Virus record (IMG/VR): IMGVR_UViG_3300028591_000127
Span: 1 to 64,000 of that record
Strand: one strand, 5' to 3'
Origin: a virus
Lineage: Duplodnaviria; Caudoviricetes
Length of the DNA: 64,000 nucleotides
The notes beneath the pieces are model-generated. The model had not been told where the DNA came from and made no database searches. It was given only the letters and a program-made list of their open reading frames with translations. Position numbers and translations under genes: made by a program. Shown here one piece after another: positions 56,645-64,000 of this stretch (its first letter is position 1; each line of letters opens with the position of its first letter).

Positions 56645-57844
56645 TTATTGATTAGAAATCTTACTAGAGGCTTCCTTAACCGCACCCTTAACTTCCTGAT
56701 AAGATCCTTTAATTGCATCATCAATCTCTTTGATTTTAGTCTTAAGATTAGTACCATCAACGAAGTCCCAAAGCAATGAATTACTTACCTCAGTTGCAGG
56801 TTCAAGATTAAGAATAACATCGCAAGATAAAGGAGCTCTCAGTTTATCACCATCTGGACACTTACACATTGTTTTAGAGTAGTTAAAGGCTGCACTACGT
56901 ATTACTAAGTTATCAATACAGTAATAACCACCAACAACAAGTCTTAAGGATCCAAAGTTACAAGTATCGATATCTACAATACCTGTTCTGTATCCCCCAG
57001 GAGGTAGCTGCCAAAAAGCAAACTGTTGACCTTGAGCCTCTCCAGCTTTGATAGCAACATGAGGTCCTGCAGCATAGTTCTTTAGTTCCTTGATATAGGT
57101 ATGAACATCCTTCCACTTACCAGAAGCATCATATCCAGAAAATACAGTATACTTCATTACCAAGTTACCGAAAGTAGTCTTAGTCCCCTTAAAATAACTA
57201 AACTGAGTTCCTGTAAGATGAAGAGCTGAGTTAAGATAAGTTAAGGCTTCATCTCTCATACCATTATCATTATTCACGAAACCATTAGCATATTGCTTAA
57301 CTTTACCAAAATATTCGTCAGCTAATCTTCCCGCAGCGTCTGTTATTGGGGAGAAAAACTCGCTAACACTATCCATAGTTTCCTCACCAAAGATTCTATT
57401 GGCAAACCCTTTGACACTCTCTGTAGCTTTATTAACTAGTCTTTGCGTATTGCTTGTTAATTCACCGAGCATCCTAGCATTTTCTTTTGTACTAAAATAG
57501 CCAATATAACCAGATAAAGACCCAGTAACATCAGTAATTAAACTCCCTAAAGGGTCACCTCCTCTACCACTAAAGTCATTGTTTATTGAGATATTGAAAT
57601 CTTCACCAAGGACTGCTCTAGCAATAGGCTCTTCTTGATACCCAAGACCTTTACTACCTGTGTCTGCCATCTTAGGTTTTGAAGTCTCTACAAATTTACT
57701 ACCATCATACTCGCTACTTGGATGGAGCGTTACTGATAGGAGTGGATTATTTAGCTGGTTGTCGTAGTAGAAGCCATTAATACTAAAGGGATTTTTTTCT
57801 GGAGCCTTAGAACCATAATTTAGTTTTATATTGTGCTCTGTCAT
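56645..57844 (-). CDS. Putative tail-tube initiator/baseplate protein (399 aa)
   Basis: Position after tape measure; C-terminal PLSCDVILNLEP. Confidence 0.45.
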   Translation of the reverse strand: MTEHNIKLNYGSKAPEKNPFSINGFYYDNQLNNPLLSVTLHPSSEYDGSKFVETSKPKMADTGSKGLGYQEEPIARAVLGEDFNISINNDFSGRGGDPLGSLITDVTGSLSGYIGYFSTKENARMLGELTSNTQRLVNKATESVKGFANRIFGEETMDSVSEFFSPITDAAGRLADEYFGKVKQYANGFVNNDNGMRDEALTYLNSALHLTGTQFSYFKGTKTTFGNLVMKYTVFSGYDASGKWKDVHTYIKELKNYAAGPHVAIKAGEAQGQQFAFWQLPPGGYRTGIVDIDTCNFGSLRLVVGGYYCIDNLVIRSAAFNYSKTMCKCPDGDKLRAPLSCDVILNLEPATEVSNSLLWDFVDGTNLKTKIKEIDDAIKGSYQEVKGAVKEASSKISNQ

Positions 57845-57847
57845 GAA

Positions 57848-60800
57848 TTATCCTCCTTTATACATCGATTTAGGTTGAACTTGTTGAGGCGTAGGAATAG
57901 GTGCAGAAGATTTTACTGCACTAATAATCCTATCATTTCCAGAACCCGTTATAGTACCGAGGGCTGCCATGTCTTTATTATTCTGAACGCCCACTGCTAC
58001 GATAGTCTGTTGAACATTCTGAACTACTGAAATTAAGTTAGCTAAGATTTGTTCCGTCTTACCGCTTTTATCATTCATCTTCATATTATTTAGAGTGTCA
58101 GTTCTAAATCCTTCCAATACACTACTGAGGGGCTCATCACTCATCCAATTAGGAATAACGTACTCACCACCATGGACAGTAGCATGTTGAGAATGATTTG
58201 GATTACCCTTAATTCTTCCACCAACAGCTTTAGTGACAGTAGTACCAGAACTTCCCCACCCGCTCGAACCAGATAGTGACACTAACGGAGTTTCTTTCGC
58301 TGTCTCTGAATAAGATTTCTTAGAGGTATTAAAGATACTTTTAAGTTTTCCAGATTTTTTATCGACAACGTTTTCTGATTTTACAACAAGATTATCCTCC
58401 CATCCTTCTTTGGCAACCTCACGTATTTCACCCTTAAGGTCAGAGCTTAAATTCTTTGATTTTATATATGATACAGCAGACTTCTTCTTGCTACTACTAG
58501 TGTTTTTCCATTCTTCACTTGCGAATACTTCTCTAAGCAGTCGGTTATATTCTTCTGGGTTGTCCTTGAATTTACCGTTCCTGAAGTCGTTTTCAATAGC
58601 AGCAAGTTTCTCCAAGGCAGAAAGTTTACTATATAAGACATCCCTAGTTTCTAGATATGTCTCCGTAATATCATTCCAAGAGTAGTTTAGAGCTTTAACA
58701 ACCCCATTTCCGTACTTCTTGATCATTTCTGCCATACCACCACAGAAACTACCAGCACTTTCAATGCACTTTGTCAATTCAGCATCAAGATCTTCTGTCT
58801 TAGTATTTTTTAACTTCTCAGCCTTCTCTTTTCTTACTCTTGCTTCCTTTACGGCATTTTCTAGTTCTTTGACCTCTTTTTCGTTAAGATCTCCAAAAGA
58901 CTTAAGTTCTTCTATGATGTTAGTATATTCATCTTCAACGGCATCTCTCATTTTGACATACTTAAGAGCAAGTTCTTGATCAGTAAGACCTTCATTGCTT
59001 TCAAGAGAATCAAAGTACTCATCAAAATGGGATCTTTTATACTCAATATCACTTAATTTGCCAATCTTTTCATTATATCCTTTATTAACACCAATAAGTC
59101 TACCTTTATCTTCTGCACTCTTTCCAGAACTGAGAGATACCTGTCTTTCTCCCATCCTTGCTCTTTGATTCTTCAAGAGTTTCCATTGGAAATATAGCTC
59201 ATCTTTTCTTTCTTTAGGAGTCTCCTGAGCCTTCATTTCAGCCTCGACCTTTCTAATTTCCTCAAGATTTTTAGCCATTTCTTCCTGGTTATAAATAGAA
59301 GACTCAAAATCTGCTTTAGTTACTCCTTTCTTAGCAAAATTATAATCATTACCTGCCAAAACCTTTTTATAAAGCCCTTTTACTAGGTCACTGTTGGCAA
59401 CGGCTTCTCTAACCTTCCCTGAAGAAGAGGAGATTTCTGGAAAAAATTGTCGGAGTTCTTCATCAGACATAGATCCTAACCACTCATTAAATCTCTCGTC
59501 TACGTTAGATGTATTATAATCAACATAATCTCTTAGATATTTTTGAGCTTTGGGGTCTAACTCTTGATAGTACTTTCTGAAGTTCTGCCTTTCAGCTTTA
59601 TGGTCTCTATATTTATAGTCTTGCCGAAATGAAGTTCCAAGAGTAGTAGTGGAGGTATCAGTTTTTGATCTATAAACTCTATTTTCAGGACTTAATAAGT
59701 TGTCTAATAGCTCATCAGAAATATTATGTGTAATATCGCGAGATACAAAAACATCATTAAGTTTTTTCTTAATGTGTTCTCTGCTATAGGATCCTGCCTT
59801 ATTTGTATACCAATCATTGAAATCATCGAAGTTCTTAAAGGCCGTACCATCACTCCTGTGTAATGCTATTTTATTCTCATAGGCTTTATTCCAGATTTCA
59901 CCGGCTTCGTATTTTATCTGTGATTCCTTAACTTTTTCTTGAGGAACCCTAGTATCACCGATAGTAGCTGGCTCTCCTGCAATGAAATCAGCAACGTCAG
60001 ATGCAACTTCCCCTAGACCAGTTTCTACACATTCCTCTCTATGGCCGCCACCAACGCGCTCACTGGTTTCTCCACTAGCTTCCTGAGGTGCGTTAGAAAC
60101 TTGTTCCGGAATAGAATCGACCTCTTGTCCTGTATATCCTCCGCTTGATATCGCTGTATCTATAGTGCCTTCTTCTCCAGCGGCTTGATTATAGGTTTCA
60201 TAAGCCCCATTAGCAAGTTTTATTCGACTCTCATGTTCCTGATTTACTCTTCTCTGGCTCCATCCTGCCTGTCTTGCGGTTCTCGTTGTTCCATCATAAC
60301 CTGCGTATCTCTCATAGTATGCCCAAGCTTCCGAGGCTTCTTGTGGAGTTTTTGCAGAACTTAATCGTCTTTGTACATCTCTAGTATCAGTTCCTGTATA
60401 TGGTACTGATCCATCTAAAGTACCCAGAAGAAAATCTAATTGAGTTCCAAGATCACTCCATTTCTTTCCTTTCTTTGAAGCATACTGATTAAGACTCCTC
60501 AAGTTACTTCCATTCCACATAGCAATACCACCAGAGTATAAGCCATTACTATCTTTTACAACTCTTCCTGGATTTACAGCTGATTCTGCACGTAAATTAC
60601 CGACAATACCTGCTGCCTGCTCTTTAGTCAAACCTTTCTTAGTAAGATAGTCCATAGCAAAAATTACATTGGATCTTTCTTGAGCCTTAGTAATTTTAGT
60701 TGATTTTGTAATACCAAGAAGATTAGCTGTTGATCTAATACCCTCACCAATCAAGTCACCAGCCTTATCGAACACATACCCACTCCTTTCTTTCATTCCT

Positions 60801-63085
60801 TCTATTTGCTGAACGAATGGGTGGTTTTCTTGCTGTTGTTCGTAAGCCTTTCTTTGACTAATAATATCAGTGATTTTGTCTGTATATTTAGAGTAATCAG
60901 CGAATTGACTTTTAAACCATTGACTCTTGGAACCTTTATTTTTCCAGGCTCTTCTTACTCCAGTCTGACCACCACTCTCCTTAACAATATTATTTTCGAT
61001 ACCGCTAAGAACTAGAGCTACATCATCCTCATCTTCCTGTTTATATAAAGTTCTTTCAAGGATCTTTAGGTCGTTCTCAGAGAGTTTATAGTAATTATAG
61101 GTGCCCGTGCCTTGACCCCTAATATTAGCCGCTGGTCTAGGATCTGTTGCTGGAACAAGAGTTAGTCTATAGTCTTCAGTTTCAGCCCAATCTACTAATG
61201 AAGTGAGTCCACTTTTTACAACCTGTCTTGTAGCATATCCTGCACCCAAGGCCGAAAAATTGGCTGTTCCACCAGTAGCTAAAAATATACCACCTCCAAC
61301 AGCAGCACCCGCAACGTCGCCTACTACTCTTCCTACCTGGTCACCCCAAGATTCACCATTAAGACCCATGGGTAGTTTCTCGGAGCCGTCAACGTTATGA
61401 TTGTTAGAATACTGTAGAAGTTGTTGATCAGCAGTATATTCTTCTCGAACATACTTCATCTTAACTGGGTGTGCTAAGAGTCTCGTTCTATCGGCGGGAT
61501 TTTTGAAGAATCTTATTATAAATTCTCTATCTACATAAACCGAACCATTCTTTTTAGCAGCCTTCTTAAGACGACTAAGACCTGCCAGAACTCTACCAGC
61601 ATCTACGTGACCATATTCTTCGGCATCTACGTAGGCGCCCATGATGTCACGACCCTGAGCAACAGTACTTGCAACAGATCCTGTCAATTGACCACTGCCA
61701 TCTAGAGCTGTACTATGAAGAGCATAAGCATACCGGCCTTTATCGTTTTTCGTTTCAAGAACATAGTCACCACGAGAAGTATTTGTTCCAACACCTAAAC
61801 TCTCAAACTCGCTATTACCTCGTCTTCCAATACCCTCTTTAATTTGATTTATATTTTTATTAGCAAGAGTACTTTTTTCAATATTCTGTTTAGCTGCAAT
61901 ACTAGCACCCTTAACAGGATCAACGAGCGTAGTTAAGACAGTTCCTAGATAAGAGCTGATGTTACTGAACGTGGAGGAAATTATATTACTAAATCCTGTC
62001 AGAACACCTTTTAGTTGGTTTCCTAAGAGTCCATAATCTTGATTAGCAATATTATTTCCTATATCACCCATTGATGGGAAAGGAATGCTCTTGATTGCCT
62101 CTCCACGAATAGCCATCTGCTTTTCAAACCAAAGCCTAATATAATCTCCGAAATTAATGAAAAGATTTTTAAATTCTCCGGCTAGTGATGTTTTCGGATT
62201 TTTAGCTTTGGACATATCACCGGTAAGGAACCAGATTAGGGATCCTCTAAGGTCTTTACCGGCAGCTCTTAATTGTGAGGCTTTCCTTCCAAGCCCAAAG
62301 AAACCAAGAAAATCAGTAATACGGTCATAAATTTGATTTCCGAGATTGATGACCTTATCCCAGTTCTTAGCGAGGAATTGAACACCGAAAATTAAGAGTA
62401 GAGTTCTTATCTGACTACCAATAGTTGTGCCAATCATTCTAGGATCTGAAGCTTTAGCAAGTCTAGTTGTTGTGGCTTCCATCTTTTGAAGCATCTTATT
62501 AATAGACTTACTCAAGCTCCACTCTTTTCTATCATATTCCCTTATCCTTTTATCATTGGCAGCTTTCTGGTGGGAGAACATATTTTCAAGCCAAGTTTTA
62601 AATCTAGCTTGACTCTTTCCTTCCGTATTGTCTGCTGCCTTAAATTGTATAGGTCTACCTTGAATTGGACCTCCAGCGTTAGCAGGGACAGGGACGCTAT
62701 TATTGGTAGTTACATTATTATAGTTATTGTTTATTGTTATGTTGGGTGGCTTAACCTGTACTTCCCTTCTCTGGCTTCTCTGTACTTGTGGCGCACTAAC
62801 ACCGTACTTTCCAAGTATAGCCGCTGTCTGAGGAGATACTTGCTGACCACCACCACCTTCGTTCATTGCCGCCATAGCTCCAGCAGTTCCTAGGGCGTTC
62901 ATTAGCTGTCCTTGATTAGTAGCTTCTTGTTTCTCAACAGCAAGATTCTTAGCCCTTTCTCCTTGAAGTGCAGTTATTTGATTCATATACTGTTCTCTTA
63001 AGGCGGCATCTTGTGAAGGATCCTCAGCTCTATTAGTAGCTAATTTATTCGTCCTCTTATTCAATTCATCTGTAATTGCTGACAT
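57848..63085 (-). CDS. Tape-measure-like protein with phage tail lysozyme domain (1745 aa)
   Basis: GLTKEQAAGIVGNLRAES...GIAMWNG...QLDFL...YERYAG; long helical regions; VHGGEYVIP. Confidence 0.8.
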   Translation of the reverse strand: MSAITDELNKRTNKLATNRAEDPSQDAALREQYMNQITALQGERAKNLAVEKQEATNQGQLMNALGTAGAMAAMNEGGGGQQVSPQTAAILGKYGVSAPQVQRSQRREVQVKPPNITINNNYNNVTTNNSVPVPANAGGPIQGRPIQFKAADNTEGKSQARFKTWLENMFSHQKAANDKRIREYDRKEWSLSKSINKMLQKMEATTTRLAKASDPRMIGTTIGSQIRTLLLIFGVQFLAKNWDKVINLGNQIYDRITDFLGFFGLGRKASQLRAAGKDLRGSLIWFLTGDMSKAKNPKTSLAGEFKNLFINFGDYIRLWFEKQMAIRGEAIKSIPFPSMGDIGNNIANQDYGLLGNQLKGVLTGFSNIISSTFSNISSYLGTVLTTLVDPVKGASIAAKQNIEKSTLANKNINQIKEGIGRRGNSEFESLGVGTNTSRGDYVLETKNDKGRYAYALHSTALDGSGQLTGSVASTVAQGRDIMGAYVDAEEYGHVDAGRVLAGLSRLKKAAKKNGSVYVDREFIIRFFKNPADRTRLLAHPVKMKYVREEYTADQQLLQYSNNHNVDGSEKLPMGLNGESWGDQVGRVVGDVAGAAVGGGIFLATGGTANFSALGAGYATRQVVKSGLTSLVDWAETEDYRLTLVPATDPRPAANIRGQGTGTYNYYKLSENDLKILERTLYKQEDEDDVALVLSGIENNIVKESGGQTGVRRAWKNKGSKSQWFKSQFADYSKYTDKITDIISQRKAYEQQQENHPFVQQIEGMKERSGYVFDKAGDLIGEGIRSTANLLGITKSTKITKAQERSNVIFAMDYLTKKGLTKEQAAGIVGNLRAESAVNPGRVVKDSNGLYSGGIAMWNGSNLRSLNQYASKKGKKWSDLGTQLDFLLGTLDGSVPYTGTDTRDVQRRLSSAKTPQEASEAWAYYERYAGYDGTTRTARQAGWSQRRVNQEHESRIKLANGAYETYNQAAGEEGTIDTAISSGGYTGQEVDSIPEQVSNAPQEASGETSERVGGGHREECVETGLGEVASDVADFIAGEPATIGDTRVPQEKVKESQIKYEAGEIWNKAYENKIALHRSDGTAFKNFDDFNDWYTNKAGSYSREHIKKKLNDVFVSRDITHNISDELLDNLLSPENRVYRSKTDTSTTTLGTSFRQDYKYRDHKAERQNFRKYYQELDPKAQKYLRDYVDYNTSNVDERFNEWLGSMSDEELRQFFPEISSSSGKVREAVANSDLVKGLYKKVLAGNDYNFAKKGVTKADFESSIYNQEEMAKNLEEIRKVEAEMKAQETPKERKDELYFQWKLLKNQRARMGERQVSLSSGKSAEDKGRLIGVNKGYNEKIGKLSDIEYKRSHFDEYFDSLESNEGLTDQELALKYVKMRDAVEDEYTNIIEELKSFGDLNEKEVKELENAVKEARVRKEKAEKLKNTKTEDLDAELTKCIESAGSFCGGMAEMIKKYGNGVVKALNYSWNDITETYLETRDVLYSKLSALEKLAAIENDFRNGKFKDNPEEYNRLLREVFASEEWKNTSSSKKKSAVSYIKSKNLSSDLKGEIREVAKEGWEDNLVVKSENVVDKKSGKLKSIFNTSKKSYSETAKETPLVSLSGSSGWGSSGTTVTKAVGGRIKGNPNHSQHATVHGGEYVIPNWMSDEPLSSVLEGFRTDTLNNMKMNDKSGKTEQILANLISVVQNVQQTIVAVGVQNNKDMAALGTITGSGNDRIISAVKSSAPIPTPQQVQPKSMYKGG

Positions 63086-63366
63086 TATTTAAAGATATTA
63101 TCCTCAACAAAGTCATCTGGTTCTTGATGATTTATAGTTATCCTCATATTTCCACTACTTCCCTGTTTATCTCCAAAAGTCATTAATGGGAAGTCAGGAT
63201 CAGTACCTTTACTTTCGTCGAGGAAATTATTATAAGCCTTTTTAAGTTCATTTAAGAACTCCATTGTATACCCCTCAATATTGTCAACTTTCAGGAACTT
63301 ATTTAAATAGAATTTTAGATCCATCAATCGGGCAATTGACATAGAGGTCTCGAAAGAAATCGACAA
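63085..63366 (-). CDS. Small putative tail/baseplate assembly protein
   Basis: Between hub chaperone and tape measure; start uncertain. Confidence 0.45.
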   Translation of the reverse strand: MSISFETSMSIARLMDLKFYLNKFLKVDNIEGYTMEFLNELKKAYNNFLDESKGTDPDFPLMTFGDKQGSSGNMRITINHQEPDDFVEDNIFK

Positions 63367-63988
63367 TAAGCGATTCTACACTTACTGTCACTCCCCTCCT
63401 TTCTGATTTATCTAATCCCTTATTACACTCTGGACAATATAGGGTTATTGGTTCGAGTTGATCATAATAAAGATCTCTTAAAGCTAATAGGAGGGTAATG
63501 TCATTATGCGTTGCCCCTAAGACATCCTCTTCAACCTGATTAGCTCTCGTTTCAAAATCCTTAATGAGTGCTATAGTTTTAATCATCTTAAGGTCAGTTA
63601 CTTTTCTGTAGGTCAAATACTTACTAAAAACTCTACCAAACTCCCTAACTGTTGGTACTATGGTTTCATAAGAATGCCCTCCCAATTCTATCTTGGCCCC
63701 ATTCATAATCTTAGGGTCAATCTGTTTAAAATGAATATCGTGCTCAAACGATACCGTCTTTTTGATCTTTCTACCACATTCTGGACACTTAACTTCAATT
63801 TGATAACTCAGATCTTCACTAACTGTTATGAGTTTTTTGTAGAAGATCAAGAAATCAACATCCATAATATAACAATTCAGAATGTTAGGATCTTCAGACT
63901 TTAACATATCAATGTCAAACAGGTATTTTCCTAAGTTATCATCTTTTGGAACTCTAGCCATATAATCACAAATACCACTAAAGGTCAT
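63299..63988 (-). CDS. Putative baseplate hub assembly chaperone (T4 gp26-like, Zn-binding); may extend past the window end
   Basis: Two CPEC motifs; position upstream of tape measure. Confidence 0.55.
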   Translation of the reverse strand: MTFSGICDYMARVPKDDNLGKYLFDIDMLKSEDPNILNCYIMDVDFLIFYKKLITVSEDLSYQIEVKCPECGRKIKKTVSFEHDIHFKQIDPKIMNGAKIELGGHSYETIVPTVREFGRVFSKYLTYRKVTDLKMIKTIALIKDFETRANQVEEDVLGATHNDITLLLALRDLYYDQLEPITLYCPECNKGLDKSERRGVTVSVESLIVDFFRDLYVNCPIDGSKILFK

Positions 63989-64000
63989 AGGATTGATGTT

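Noticed and set aside
9503-63904. Many plus-strand and nested ORFs within long minus-strand genes
   Set aside because: Shadow ORFs of long genes with no recognisable motifs
7103-63988. Stop-codon reassignment as in some gut jumbo phages
   Set aside because: Genes are long and tightly packed in the standard code, and TAA, TGA and TAG all occur as stops

Overview
AT-rich segment of a large contractile-tailed (myovirus/jumbo-type) phage, probably infecting Bacteroidota (inference), read in the standard code. Almost all genes lie on the minus strand. Right to left they are: hub chaperone, tape measure with lysozyme domain, baseplate genes, a GIY-YIG endonuclease, large virion proteins, putative holin, amidase, and two paralogous >2000-aa adhesin/tail-fibre genes. 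One adhesin (18523-24801) is the target of a canonical diversity-generating retroelement (Avd, TR, RT). The standout is the second adhesin (8215-15423). Next to it is a ~6 kb array (1018-7044) of 43 apparently silent, highly divergent ~115-150 bp cassettes. Each is bounded by ACATGTAAC(A) and AAATCTAACCAATAC, and each encodes an alternative version of the protein's C-terminal lectin-type variable loop (HVT...KSNQY). 42 of 43 are open in frame by my hand translation. Cassette 26 (4595-4719) is a perfect 125-bp copy of the segment now in the gene (8259-8383). This looks like a vlsE/pilS-style silent-cassette library for receptor switching in a phage, sitting next to a DGR that diversifies the paralog. 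No recombinase is recognisable in the window, so the mechanism is inferred, not shown.
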